From the NCBI GenBank assembly GCA_050485365.1, contig JBJHBH010000006.1, forward strand, positions 6,985 through 70,984: 64,000 nucleotides of DNA, read 5' to 3'. Below, piece by piece: positions 29,629 to 40,092 of the stretch. A program made the translations under genes and the position numbers. The number at the start of each line of letters is the position of its first letter. Positions within the stretch are counted from its first letter, which is position 1. The notes below the pieces were generated by a model. That model saw only the letters and a program-made list of their open reading frames with translations, was not told the DNA's origin and made no database searches. Source of the DNA: Desulfuromonadales bacterium. Its GTDB lineage: Bacteria; Desulfobacterota; Desulfuromonadia; Desulfuromonadales; JACZKF01.

Positions 29629-30375
29629 TCAGCGTCTTCTGACTTTTTTCCGTTTGTCTTTTCGCACGGTGACGTCGAAGTCGAGCACCAGCGGAAGGTG
29701 ATCGGAATACGGAACCTTCGGGACGCTGAATTCGCGGACGTTGACCCGTGAGCTGCACAGGATGAAATCGAGGTGCCGGGTGGGGTGATCGCTGGGGTAG
29801 GTCGGCAGGCTTTTCGTGTTGGCGTTTCGCAGCCCCGTGGCGGCGAGAAAGAGATCGATCTCCCTTTCGCCCCACAGCGCATTGAAGTCGCCTGCGACGA
29901 TGTACGGCTTCTTGCTCTCTTTCACCAGCTTGTAGAGCGCGCCGAGTTGCCGGTGTCGCACCCGCGACCCCAGCGCGAGATGAACCAGGTAGATGACGAC
30001 GTGATCGAGCTCCAACTCCATCACCAGGCGCTTCATGCCGCAATCGAAAAAGTGGAACCGCTCGTTGCGGATGCGGTCCCGGGCGAGAAAGGCGTTGCCC
30101 TGCCGGCGCAGCACCGGGATGTTGAGCCAGAAGGAGTGCTCCTTGTATTTGACCGAGTACGAGTGGTAGTGCCCGAGGGCGTCGGCCAGCAATTCGGCCT
30201 GGCTCTTTCCCCCCGAACGGTACGAACCGTGATCGACCTCGACGAGCCCGACCAGATCGGGCTGCAAGTCGCGCAAAAAAGCGGTGATCCGCTGCAGGTT
30301 GCGGGTCGATGGGCTCAGAAAATCGATCATCTTCGCCCCTGTTCCGTATCGTATGTTGTAAAGAACGAATCGCAT
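29629..30375 (-). CDS. endonuclease/exonuclease/phosphatase (EEP) family protein
   Basis: LVGLVEVD ... IVAGDFN ... SDHLPL catalytic signature. Confidence 0.8.
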   Translation of the reverse strand: MRFVLYNIRYGTGAKMIDFLSPSTRNLQRITAFLRDLQPDLVGLVEVDHGSYRSGGKSQAELLADALGHYHSYSVKYKEHSFWLNIPVLRRQGNAFLARDRIRNERFHFFDCGMKRLVMELELDHVVIYLVHLALGSRVRHRQLGALYKLVKESKKPYIVAGDFNALWGEREIDLFLAATGLRNANTKSLPTYPSDHPTRHLDFILCSSRVNVREFSVPKVPYSDHLPLVLDFDVTVRKDKRKKVRRR

Positions 30376-30508
30376 CAGACTTCGCCCTTCTCAAGTCGGC
30401 TCGGCCGGACGCCCAGAGCGGGCACGAAAAAAGGGTGCGCCGGATGGGCCACCCCTGAAACTCTCCACTGCAGAAAAGCACTTTCGATCCGCTCAGGGGA
30501 GAACTTGC

Positions 30509-30763
30509 TCAATGATGCCGCAGAGCATCGATGAGCTCTTCCTTGTTCATTCCGGAGCGCCCCGCGATCCCCACCTCCCTGGCCTTCTCGTACAACTCGT
30601 CCTTGCTCCACTCCTCGTATTTGGGCGCTTTCCCCCCTCGCCTTCCCGCCTCGCGGCGCGGCGTGTTGGCGATGCGGGCGGCCTTCTCCTTGCTCATCCC
30701 GTCCTTGCGCAACGCCTCGTACTGTTCGTCGTCCTTGATCTGCGGTCCATGATCCTTGGCCAT
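30509..30763 (-). CDS. small basic protein with Rho-N/SAP-like C-terminal motif
   Basis: 84 aa, with the pattern ...WSKDELYEKAREVGIAGRSGMNKEELIDAL. Confidence 0.55.
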   Translation of the reverse strand: MAKDHGPQIKDDEQYEALRKDGMSKEKAARIANTPRREAGRRGGKAPKYEEWSKDELYEKAREVGIAGRSGMNKEELIDALRHH

Positions 30764-31103
30764 TGCTCACTCTCCTCTTTCGCAGCGCATAAGCCCTATT
30801 CAAAAAATATCAAGAAACCGCGGGGGATCAAACGATCAGGTGAAGGTGCGCAGGAAAGACAAAGGGGGGATCGGGAGCGGCGGCGTCGTTGGCGGGAGGG
30901 AAACGATCGACATGTCCGAACGTCTTTAGGGCCCGCTTTTTTCGATCTGCTCCGGGAGGAAGAGGACCCGGCCGTTGACCGGGGCACCGAGGACGAGGGC
31001 GTCGGCGCCTGCGATCTGCTCGAAGCGGATGCCGGGTGTTAGTAGAAGCGGCGGAAATCTGTTGGTGCTCAGCCATATTTTGATCACAATCATCATTGTT
31101 CGA

Positions 31104-32036
31104 TCAATCCCCTCCCTCCAACTCCTTGCGGTTCCATCCTCCGAGATCAGCGGCGGCCTCATAGGTGCTCTGGAGGAAATCGAGGAGCATCTCATCCGGT
31201 GACGCCGCCTCTCGAACGGCCTTGTAAGGGAGGACGAATTCCTTGAGGTCTGGGTGGTAAAAAGCAGCGTCGGGGACTACCCGGGCGCTGCCAAATCCCT
31301 CGGGCTCCGGATAGGCGTAGGAATAGAAGGCGGGTTCTGGGAACTGCTCGTTTCCCGGCCAAAATCCGCAACTACTCACCTCGTGCGAATAGGCCTCCCG
31401 GGCGACCCAATTGGGAAGGTGCGGTACGCCACCCGGGTGCTCGGGGGCCCGGCGGCCGGAGAAGCGCGTCACCGCCAGGTCGAAAGATCCCCAGAAAAAG
31501 TGCACGGGGCTGCTCTTGCCGATGAAGCGAGCCCTGAATTCTTTCAATACCCTGTCGGCCTGGGCCAGGATGCGCCAGAACCGGTTCGCGAAGACTGCAT
31601 CGTAAGCGGCATGCTGTTCGTCGAGGTCGAAGGGAATGGGGTCAGGGAGTTCGGAAGGTGTCGTGTGAATATCGACTTTCAGATCGAGCTCAACCAGCAT
31701 GGCCAAGACCTCCCGGTAGAAATCGGCCACTGAGCGTGGAATCAGAGACATGGTCCTGACTGAGCCATCACTGGTTTGGAACAGAAGCCGGTGCTCGATG
31801 AAATCGAAGTCGATCTGAAAGGTCCGGCTCCCGTAAGGGATCGGTGAAGTGGAGAGACCGCGGGAGGTGAGGTAAAAGACTACATGCCAGGAGTGATTTA
31901 CCCAGGGGGTCTGCACCAGCCGGATCTTTCCGATGATCTGAGTCCAGAGGTGAAGAGTCGCGCAGGTGTCCTTCCACTCCGTGAATGGGAGGGTCGGCCA
32001 GGCATCCACGTTGTAAATGGGGCCGCGTTCCGACAT
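31104..32036 (-). CDS. DUF5996-family protein
   Basis: 310 aa, with WKDTCATLHLWTQIIGKIRL ... SPVHFFWGSFDLAVTRFSG, as I recall for DUF5996. Confidence 0.55.
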   Translation of the reverse strand: MSERGPIYNVDAWPTLPFTEWKDTCATLHLWTQIIGKIRLVQTPWVNHSWHVVFYLTSRGLSTSPIPYGSRTFQIDFDFIEHRLLFQTSDGSVRTMSLIPRSVADFYREVLAMLVELDLKVDIHTTPSELPDPIPFDLDEQHAAYDAVFANRFWRILAQADRVLKEFRARFIGKSSPVHFFWGSFDLAVTRFSGRRAPEHPGGVPHLPNWVAREAYSHEVSSCGFWPGNEQFPEPAFYSYAYPEPEGFGSARVVPDAAFYHPDLKEFVLPYKAVREAASPDEMLLDFLQSTYEAAADLGGWNRKELEGGD

Positions 32037-32441
32037 CTCTTCCCTCGAATCTTCCGGTGTGACCGCGACTTATCTATATCAACTCCAGTCGAAGGCGCAA
32101 CCGCTCCGGGGTGGCAACATAATGGAGAGCCACACCTGGAGGCGTCTCACAATCGTCTCGCTAGCGTCGCCCGAGTCTTTCAGGATGGGTGGCAAGAGTT
32201 CTTGCAAATCCTGCCTCCCTGAACTCGTTTCAGAAACATGTATCCACAGGAAGACTGGACAACCGGAGCGATCTCTGTGGACCGTTGCATTAACTTCCGC
32301 GTTCGGACGTTGGTTTTAGCTTTTTGCCCGGGAAACGAGCAGGGGTCAGAGCCGCCAATTTCATCCCCCCACCACTCATGCCCGATCAGTTTCCATTACT
32401 CCTTGAATAAAGCGCAGTCCTACAGCAGAAAGGAGGCAATC

Positions 32442-33011
32442 ATGGGAATGAGAATCGGGTACGCGCGGGTAAGTTCTTCAGGGCAAAGACTGGATGTGCA
32501 ACTGGATCGCCTGGCTGACTGCGATCGCATCTTCTCCGAAAAGGCGTCTGCCGCCTCCGCCAAGGGCAGGCCGGAACTTCAGAAAGCCTTGGACTACGTG
32601 AGAGATGAAGACGTCTTTGTGGTCACGAAGCTCGACAGGTTAGCTCGCTCAGTCGTAGATCTGGCAGGGATCGTCCAAAAGCTGGAGGGGAAAAAGGTCG
32701 ACCTGATCGTACTGGATCAGGGGATCGACACCACGACGATGTATGGCCGACTGCAATTCAACATCTTGGCTGCCCTCGGCGAATTTGAGCGGGAACTGAT
32801 CAAGGAAAGGTCCATGGAGGGTCGGCTGAAAGCCATTACCCGCGGAGTAAAGTTCGGAGCCAAGCCGAAACTTAACAAGCAGGAGATCCGTGATCTGATC
32901 AAGGATTTTGAGGCGCCAGGTTGCAGCAAGGCGGAGATCGCGGACCATTATGGGATCAGCAGATCCTCTGTTTACCGGCTCTATGCGGAAAATAGAGCGC
33001 AGGCTCAATGA
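32442..33011 (+). CDS. serine recombinase (resolvase/invertase family)
   Basis: Start MGMRIGYARVSSSGQ after AAAGGAGG. Catalytic Ser motif, ...VTKLDRLARS..., and a C-terminal HTH. Confidence 0.9.
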   Translation: MGMRIGYARVSSSGQRLDVQLDRLADCDRIFSEKASAASAKGRPELQKALDYVRDEDVFVVTKLDRLARSVVDLAGIVQKLEGKKVDLIVLDQGIDTTTMYGRLQFNILAALGEFERELIKERSMEGRLKAITRGVKFGAKPKLNKQEIRDLIKDFEAPGCSKAEIADHYGISRSSVYRLYAENRAQAQ

Positions 33012-33083
33012 GTCGGGCTGATACGCCAATGGCCTCCAAGGAAATCCCTGGAGGCCATTGAGTGCCGAATACGCAATCGCTTT

Positions 33084-33350
33084 TCAGTCATAGACGTTTT
33101 TTCGATGCCCCACGGCAAGGACCAGAACGGTCAGAACCTGATCTTCCAGGTGGCAAATAGCTCTGTAATCTCCGATGCGATACCGCCACAAACCGGCCCG
33201 GTCGCCGACCAATGGCTTGCCGAACTGCCTGGGATTTTCGCTCCCTTCCAGCCGTTCTCTAAAATATTTCAGAATCCGTCGACGAGCCTCGGGGTCCAGC
33301 CGACGCAGATCCGTCATTGCCTGCTCCTGGATCTCAACCCTCCAGGTCAT
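33084..33350 (-). CDS. relE: RelE/ParE-family type II toxin
   Basis: 88 aa, ...LWRYRIGDYRAICHLEDQVLTVLVLAVGHRKNVY. Confidence 0.85.
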   Translation of the reverse strand: MTWRVEIQEQAMTDLRRLDPEARRRILKYFRERLEGSENPRQFGKPLVGDRAGLWRYRIGDYRAICHLEDQVLTVLVLAVGHRKNVYD

Positions 33351-33546
33351 TCAGTTCCTTCTCCGCATCCTCCAGGCTCACCCGGCGTCCGCCGGCTTCC
33401 AAACGAGCCAGGCCGAGCAGGTAGTCTTCCCGATCCTCCAGAAACTCCTGGAGGGCTTGGCGCACGTAAAAAGACTTGCTTCTGCCCGTCTTCTGGGCGA
33501 GCCTCTCCAGCCTTGCCTCGATCTCTTTATCTCGTAGTCCGATCAT
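33334..33546 (-). CDS. type II antitoxin (RHH, RelB/DinJ-like)
   Basis: 70 aa, with the ...RLERLAQKTGRSKSFYVRQAL... RHH pattern. Overlaps the toxin start by 17 nt. Confidence 0.75.
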   Translation of the reverse strand: MIGLRDKEIEARLERLAQKTGRSKSFYVRQALQEFLEDREDYLLGLARLEAGGRRVSLEDAEKELNDLEG

Positions 33547-33758
33547 CCCTTTCCTCCAGGGCAGGTTCCTTTTGGGTGTTTAACTTGTTTAACAGTTTAA
33601 ACACAATGCGGAATCGCGTCAAGGCTGAAGCGCCCGGGGATGCGGTGTTTAATCTTTCTGGTCCAGGGAGGATTAAAACAGCACACTTCCATCGTCTCAA
33701 AAGTCCCACCATCGAGACTGCGAGGAGAATGTCTCGACGCCAGTCACCAATGCGACGG

Positions 33759-34616
33759 TCATACGCGGCTCTTAATCCGGATCGGATTTCGAAAGTTGAT
33801 ATCGCGTTGTGAAAATGGAATTTCTATTCCGGCTTTCTTGAGTCCGTCCCAAAGCGCGAAGTACAGATTGCTGCGGAACAAGTCGGGTTGATGCGCCATC
33901 TTGGCCGTCCAGGTCCGGAGCTCGAACTTCATCGAATTGTCGCCAAACCCCATGAACCGTACGCTGGCTTGGGGGATGTTCAGCACATGTTCATCGGCGG
34001 CAGCCACTTCCAAAGCGATCTTTTCCACTTTGCGCGGATCACTGCCGAAACTGACGCCGAATGGAACACGGATGCGCACCTTTTGGTCTCCGTGACTAAG
34101 ATTGACTACCTGTTCGGAGATAAACTCTCCATTGGGAATGATCATGTCGATGTTGTCGTTGCTCCGAATGGTGGTGCTGCGCCCGCCGATGCGTACCACG
34201 TCCCCTTGCACCCCCCCTATTTCCACACGGTCACCAAGTTGAATCGGTCGCTCGACAAGAATGATCAAACCGCTGAGGAAATTGTTAGCGATGTTTTGTA
34301 ATCCGAACCCGATGCCGATGCTGAGGGCGCCGGCAAAAACGGTCAGCGCGGTCAGGTCAACCCCAAGCGTTTGCATCGCAACCATAAAGCCGAGCGCTAG
34401 GACAACGTAGCCGACAAGACGCGCTATTGCGTCCCTTCGCCCGATCGGCAATCGTACAAGCAGGCGCGCACGCAGCATGCGCCGGACCGTTCGCGCAGCC
34501 AGAATGACCAGCATGAGCAATACGATAAACTGAACCATGCTTACCACGGTCACCGGTATTTCACCGAGATAAAACAGAGGTCGAGCGAAGTTTCCCAAGA
34601 ATTTCGACCAATCCAT
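33759..34616 (-). CDS. MscS-family mechanosensitive channel
   Basis: Start MDWSKFLG at 34616. TM3-beta domain signature ...GFGLQNIANNFLSGLIILVERPIQLGDRVEIGG. Confidence 0.9.
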   Translation of the reverse strand: MDWSKFLGNFARPLFYLGEIPVTVVSMVQFIVLLMLVILAARTVRRMLRARLLVRLPIGRRDAIARLVGYVVLALGFMVAMQTLGVDLTALTVFAGALSIGIGFGLQNIANNFLSGLIILVERPIQLGDRVEIGGVQGDVVRIGGRSTTIRSNDNIDMIIPNGEFISEQVVNLSHGDQKVRIRVPFGVSFGSDPRKVEKIALEVAAADEHVLNIPQASVRFMGFGDNSMKFELRTWTAKMAHQPDLFRSNLYFALWDGLKKAGIEIPFSQRDINFRNPIRIKSRV

Positions 34617-35309
34617 CCTCAACGATCCCCCTTTAGGTTCTCCGTCTCCTAGCCAGCACAACGAGACAGCCTGTCCATGAGAAATCCAGCTTCGTCAGAG
34701 CCAGTCTGATTACAATTGCATGGGTTCTGATAAGATGACATCTTAACCTACCTTGGTTCCCCCATCCTTGATCCGCTCACAAATAAGTAACATCAAAAAG
34801 GAGCTTCATGAAAGAAGGATTCAGCAGGGACGCCAACTAGAACGAGTCCCCAAAAAGAAAAATTTTACCTGCCCTGCTGCATTTTCCGGTGTGCGAGGTA
34901 TTTGCCTGCGGTAGCACCGATAGCAATCGAAGAAAGTTTAACGTAAACCAGTAGACCCTCTTCTGTGAGGCTGATGATGCCCGGATGAGTCGGGATGACG
35001 GAGCCTGCTGCTGCGCTCAGGGTCCCAAACGCGCTCACGATAAAACCCTGGCGTATCCCTTTGTTCCACGCCACGCCGATAACAGGCCAAGCGTACGGAA
35101 GAATAAAGCTGATCTTTCAAGTGACAGGTTGACGACCATGAGGAACATAAACCAGATTGCCGCAATCTCCAATGTGAAGATGCGTTGCAGGAGCATTCGC
35201 AAGTCCATGTACGGCTTCTTATCTGATTGACAGCGAAAAGTGTCTGTGCAACAAAGATCCACTGAAATTATAACAGTTTCGGAAAACTCTCTCCCGAAGG
35301 CTTGCTTCA

Positions 35310-37577
35310 ATGGAAGGTATCAATTTCATCCAGGACTTGGCGATCGTCTTGCTCGGTGCCGGAATTGCCGGCGCGCTGTGCAAGCGCATCGGCCTGTCGG
35401 TGATTGTCGGCTACCTCCTTGCCGGCATCGTCATCGGCCCTCACACCCCGCCTTTTCCCCTCATCTTGGATATCGAAAGGATCGAGACGCTCTCGCACCT
35501 CGGCCTGGTCTTCCTCATGTTCGGTATCGGCCTCGGACTGAGTCTTTCGCGCCTGCGAAAGATGGGGATCTCGACCGTCATTGCTACGGCGCTTGGTGCC
35601 TTTTTCGTCTTCAACCTGACGCAACTGCTCGGAAAAGGGGTCGGCTGGACGGGAACGCAGACTCTGTTCATCGCCGCCATGTTCATGGTCTCCAGTTCGG
35701 CCGTCATCGCCAAGGTCATCCGGGACATGAATCTCAGCCACGAACGTTCCGGGCAGCTTGCCCTGAGCGTCACGGTGCTGGAGGACGTCGTCGCCGTCGT
35801 CATGCTTGCGATCCTAGGTTCCCAAGTCGCCGCCGTCGGCGTCGATACCCCCGACATAGGAGCCCTCCTCATCGCCCTTGTCGCCTTCGTCGTTCTGCTT
35901 GTCATCACCGGACTCCTCTTCATCCCCCGTCTTCTGCAGCGCCTCGACGGCAAGGGCGATCCGGAGCTTCAGACGATCGTCATCGCGGGGTTGCTCTTTC
36001 TGGTCGGGCTCACGGCGGTGAAGTCCGGGTATTCGCTCGCTCTCGGCGCCTTTCTTCTGGGGGCGGTCGTTGCGGAGATGCCGCAAAAACCCGGAGTCGA
36101 GAAAGCCTTCTCCGGCATGCGCGACATGTTCAGCAGCGTCTTTTTCGTCGCCATCGGCATGATGATCGAAGTGAATCTGATGCTGGGCGTGTTGCATTGG
36201 ATTCTGGCGCTGACCCTCTTCACGATGGTCGCCCGCTCCCTTTCGACCGGTTTGGCGCTTATGGTGGCCGGTGCCCCTCCCCGTGATGCACGCCGGGCCG
36301 GGCTCGCCCTGATGCCGCTGGGCGAGTTCACCTTCGTCATCGCGGGCCTTGGGGTGGGGGCGCAGGTTCTGGCGCCGGAGTTCTATTCGATCGCCGTGGG
36401 GGTCTCCATCCTCACCGTCCTGCTCTCTCCCGTGATCAACCGCCACGCAGAGCCGTTTCTGGCAAAGATCGAAAGGGCCGAACCGCGTTTCCTGCAACGC
36501 ACCCTGGAGGCCTATCACAGATGGCTGGCGCAGCTCGGCAACGCACAGGCGGGGCATTTCTGGTGGCAGTTGAGCAAAAAGAGGCTGCTGCAGATGACTC
36601 TGGAGATGCTCTTCATCACCGGCCTGCTCATCTTTTCCGAACGGCTCCTGAGCGCTTTCCAGCAAAGCCGCTTTGGCGCCGCGTTCCAGCCCGAAACGGG
36701 GAGCCTTGTTTTCTGGGCACTGATCGGGGTTCTGGTGCTCGTTCCCCTAGTGGCGATCTGGCGCCATCTCGCCGCCATGGCGATGATCTTCGCCGAGCTC
36801 GCCTCGACGCGCACCCGCATCCCCGGCCCCCTTGTCGAGAACGGCGTCAAGGCCCTTTGCGCCCTCGGTCTTGCCTACTGGATGGCTCATATCCTCCCGG
36901 CCGAATCTCTGCCGCACTGGGGGTGGATTGTCGTCGCAGCGGTGCTGGTGATCATTCTGATCATCTTCTCGCGCCGCTTCATCTACTGGCACAGCCGGTG
37001 GCAGAACACTCTCCAGGACGTCTTCGCCGAGGCCCAGCAGGTCGAAGCTGAGCCGGCCCCTTGGCTGGAGAAGTCCGGCGACTGGGACATCCGTGTACAG
37101 GAGTTTCGCGTGCCGGAGCGGGCAGTGAGCTCGGGGCAGAGGATCGCCGACCTGCATGTGCGCTCGCAATTCGGCTGCACCATCGTGGAGATCGACCGGC
37201 AGGGGCACGCGATCATCGCCCCGGAGCCGACGGAGGCGATCTATGCCGGCGACCGGCTTCTGCTCCTCGGAACGCCCGAACAGATCGACGCGGCGCGCTC
37301 GGGCCTGGGCAAACTGAAGGATGTCGATGAAGTTGCCGATTTCGATCAGGCCCGCCTGGAGAGGGTGCTCGTCCCCGCCGGACCCCGCGCCGGCGGCTCG
37401 CTCTCCGAACTTCAGGTGCAGCGCCAGACCGGGGTGCTGGTCGTCGGGATCGACCGCGCCGGAAAAAGAATCGTGAACCCCGCCGGGGATGAGACGATCA
37501 ACGACGGAGACGAAGCGCTCGTACTGGGGACCCCTGAACAGATCAGAACATTCAGGCGATGGCTGGCTCCCGATTGA
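35310..37577 (+). CDS. CPA2 (Kef-type) cation:proton antiporter with two C-terminal RCK_C domains
   Basis: MEGINFIQDLAIVLLGAGIAGALCKRIGLSVIVGYLLAGIVIGP N-terminus. Two TrkA-C-like repeats (...GDRLLLLGTPEQI..., ...GDEALVLGTPEQI...). Confidence 0.85.
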   Translation: MEGINFIQDLAIVLLGAGIAGALCKRIGLSVIVGYLLAGIVIGPHTPPFPLILDIERIETLSHLGLVFLMFGIGLGLSLSRLRKMGISTVIATALGAFFVFNLTQLLGKGVGWTGTQTLFIAAMFMVSSSAVIAKVIRDMNLSHERSGQLALSVTVLEDVVAVVMLAILGSQVAAVGVDTPDIGALLIALVAFVVLLVITGLLFIPRLLQRLDGKGDPELQTIVIAGLLFLVGLTAVKSGYSLALGAFLLGAVVAEMPQKPGVEKAFSGMRDMFSSVFFVAIGMMIEVNLMLGVLHWILALTLFTMVARSLSTGLALMVAGAPPRDARRAGLALMPLGEFTFVIAGLGVGAQVLAPEFYSIAVGVSILTVLLSPVINRHAEPFLAKIERAEPRFLQRTLEAYHRWLAQLGNAQAGHFWWQLSKKRLLQMTLEMLFITGLLIFSERLLSAFQQSRFGAAFQPETGSLVFWALIGVLVLVPLVAIWRHLAAMAMIFAELASTRTRIPGPLVENGVKALCALGLAYWMAHILPAESLPHWGWIVVAAVLVIILIIFSRRFIYWHSRWQNTLQDVFAEAQQVEAEPAPWLEKSGDWDIRVQEFRVPERAVSSGQRIADLHVRSQFGCTIVEIDRQGHAIIAPEPTEAIYAGDRLLLLGTPEQIDAARSGLGKLKDVDEVADFDQARLERVLVPAGPRAGGSLSELQVQRQTGVLVVGIDRAGKRIVNPAGDETINDGDEALVLGTPEQIRTFRRWLAPD

Positions 37578-37732
37578 TCCGCCTGCGGACAGCTCGTTCT
37601 TTCGTTTCAAATGTGAAGTCACTTTCAGTCTACCGGTTCGTCACCGTGTACAATAGGAGAGTATTCTCACCCAGGAAATCCAATTGTTTCCATCCATAAA
37701 CTTCGGATGGGAACCGATGACCGGAGAACAGC

Positions 37733-38554
37733 ATGCGGATACTCTATGCCACGGACGGCTCACCCCAGGCGCGTTCGGCCGGGGTTTTGCTGTCCAACCT
37801 GATTCTCGCCCAAAACGATCGCATCACCGTCGTTACGGTGGATGATCAAAGTGCCGACATCGATTCCGACGGCATCTTCAAGGGCGCCTCTGAGGATCTG
37901 TCGGGGACTTCGGCTATCATCGAGACCAAGGTGCACAAGGGGTATGCGGACGAGGAGATTCTCGGCGAATGTCAGGATTCGTCGGCCGACCTTCTCGTTA
38001 TAGGCGCGAAGGGTACCTCCGACGCGAGGCGCTTTCTCCTTGGGGGCGTTACGGCTCGCGTGATTCGATATGCGCCCTGCTCCGTTCTGGTCGTTCGCCC
38101 CGATAAGGCATCCATCCGAAAGGTTCTTCTGGCCTTCGATGGAACCGGCCCCTCCTGCGCCGCCTCGGCAGCTCTTCTGAACTTTCCTCTTACCCCCGAA
38201 GCGGTCGTCTATCTCATGGCCGTTCTCCCCCCGATGTATCCCGGTCACCCCCAGAGGGAGCCTGTTTTTCTGCATACCGGAGTCGATGAGCTCAGCGTCA
38301 TCGAAAAGATGTCGCGCACCAGAGATGACTTCATCGCCGCAGGCCGCCGTGCCGTCTCGCATACCGTCCGGGGAGAGACGGCTTCCAGTATCATTGATTA
38401 TGCAGAGGCGCAGGATATCGACCTCATCGTGCTCGGCTCTCACGGGACCAGTCTGGCAGAGAGGTTCCACCGCTTTTTGCTTGGGAGCGTTGCGGAGAAG
38501 GTGGCGCGCTACGCATCGGCGTCCGTCCTGCTGGTGAGAACACCCGGCGAATAA
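37733..38554 (+). CDS. tandem universal stress protein (UspA family), paralog 1
   Basis: Two Usp domains, each with a ...LLVIGAKG... / ...LIVLGSHG... ATP-binding type motif. Confidence 0.85.
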   Translation: MRILYATDGSPQARSAGVLLSNLILAQNDRITVVTVDDQSADIDSDGIFKGASEDLSGTSAIIETKVHKGYADEEILGECQDSSADLLVIGAKGTSDARRFLLGGVTARVIRYAPCSVLVVRPDKASIRKVLLAFDGTGPSCAASAALLNFPLTPEAVVYLMAVLPPMYPGHPQREPVFLHTGVDELSVIEKMSRTRDDFIAAGRRAVSHTVRGETASSIIDYAEAQDIDLIVLGSHGTSLAERFHRFLLGSVAEKVARYASASVLLVRTPGE

Positions 38555-38573
38555 TTGCAGGGGAGAGGTCTTT

Positions 38574-39317
38574 GTGAAAGAGCTCATCTCCATCGGCAGG
38601 AACATTCTCGGGCATATGAAGGATGTCGCGCCTCTGCTGGTCGTGATCACCTTTTTCCAGGGGGCGGTGCTGAGACAGCCCCTTCCTGATCTCCCCGGGA
38701 TCATGCTCGGCCTGGTCCTTCTCGTCATGGGGCTGGGTCTGTTCATGCGTGGGCTCGAAATCGCACTCTTTCCGGCCGGTGAGAGCATCGGGCGCGCCCT
38801 GGTGCGCATGGGAAGCCTGCGCTGGCTCTTCACCTTCTCCTTTCTGGTGGGCTTTGGAACGGCGATGGCCGAGCCCGCTCTGATCACGGTGGCAGACCGT
38901 GTCGCCGCCGCGGTCGTCGAGGCCGGCATGCTTGCCGATACGCCGCGGGCAGCCCAATGGTATGCTTTGGGGTTTCGCCTCAGCGTTGCCTTTGGGGTGG
39001 GGAGCGCCCTGATGCTCGGAGTGCTTCGTACCGTTAAGGGGTGGGCGCTGCACGGCCTGCTTGCCGCAGCCGTCTTCGCCATCGCGCTGATCCTCCCCCT
39101 GGCGCCGGCGGAATTTTCGGCGGTCGCTCTCGATGCCGGGCCCGTGACCCTCTCGACGATTACCGTGCCGCTGGTGACCGCTCTGGGGATCGGCCTCGCT
39201 TCGAGCATCGCCGGGCGCAATCCTCTGTCTGACGGCTTCGGCCTGGTCGCACTTACGGCCATACTCCCTGCTATTTTCGTCCTGGCTTACGGCGCGCTGG
39301 CGGGAGCTCTGGCATGA
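38574..39317 (+). CDS. DUF1538-family membrane protein
   Basis: Polytopic protein with GLGLFMRGLEIALFPAGESIG, as I recall for DUF1538. Confidence 0.6.
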   Translation: MKELISIGRNILGHMKDVAPLLVVITFFQGAVLRQPLPDLPGIMLGLVLLVMGLGLFMRGLEIALFPAGESIGRALVRMGSLRWLFTFSFLVGFGTAMAEPALITVADRVAAAVVEAGMLADTPRAAQWYALGFRLSVAFGVGSALMLGVLRTVKGWALHGLLAAAVFAIALILPLAPAEFSAVALDAGPVTLSTITVPLVTALGIGLASSIAGRNPLSDGFGLVALTAILPAIFVLAYGALAGALA

Positions 39318-40054
39318 GCGGGCTCTTCCAGCCCCCTTTTTCCGCCCTCTGGGACGTTCTGCTCGTCGCCCTGGTCCTCTTTGCCTTTCAGTATCTCGTG
39401 CTACGTCGGCCATTTCCCCGTGCGGGAAGGGTGGCGGCCGGTTTCGGGTATATGCTGGCCGGCCTGATTCTTCTTGTTCTCGGGTTGGAGATGGCGGTCT
39501 TTCCCCTCGGAGAGGTCATGACCGGGCAGCTCCTCGAACGCAGCGGCGCAGGATCAGCCTGGAGCCTTATGCTCGGCATCGGGGCCTTTGCCGCCGCCGT
39601 CACTTTCGCTGCAGTCTTTGCCGAACCCGTTCTCACATCCCTTTCGCAGCGCGCGCAGCAGGTCTCGGGGGGGACGATCGACGCGGTACGGATGCGCCTG
39701 GTGGTGGCCTCGGGCGCGACAATCGGCGTGGGCCTCAGCGTCCTCAGGATCGTATGGGGATGGCACGTCTCCCACTTGGTGGCGCCTTTCATCGTGGTGA
39801 TCTGGATTCAGTCCCGTTACGCCCCACCGGTGATACGACCTCTGGCCTACGATGCCGGTGTTGCCGGAGTTTCGACGATCCTCGTTCCGCTGCTGATCTC
39901 CATCGGTGCAGCTCTGGCCATGGAGATCCCCGGTCGCAGCGTCCTTGCGGACGGTTTCGGACTTGTGGTGATGGCGGCGCTCACCCCCGTGGCGATGGTG
40001 ATGGGGTATGCGCAAATTGCCGGGTATCTGGCGGGGCGTCGCGAAGAAAACTAG
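39314..40054 (+). CDS. DUF1538-family membrane protein (second copy)
   Basis: Similar to the upstream gene (GLEMAVFPLGEVMTG). 4-bp overlap with it. Confidence 0.6.
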   Translation: MSGLFQPPFSALWDVLLVALVLFAFQYLVLRRPFPRAGRVAAGFGYMLAGLILLVLGLEMAVFPLGEVMTGQLLERSGAGSAWSLMLGIGAFAAAVTFAAVFAEPVLTSLSQRAQQVSGGTIDAVRMRLVVASGATIGVGLSVLRIVWGWHVSHLVAPFIVVIWIQSRYAPPVIRPLAYDAGVAGVSTILVPLLISIGAALAMEIPGRSVLADGFGLVVMAALTPVAMVMGYAQIAGYLAGRREEN

Positions 40055-40092
40055 CGCCCCATGAGGCGCTGTATCGAGAGAAGGAGAGTGTC

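Noticed and set aside
34865-35074. 69-aa minus-strand ORF in AT-rich DNA after the MscS gene.
   Set aside because: It has a GTG start, no clear RBS and no recognisable family. It is possible but unsupported.
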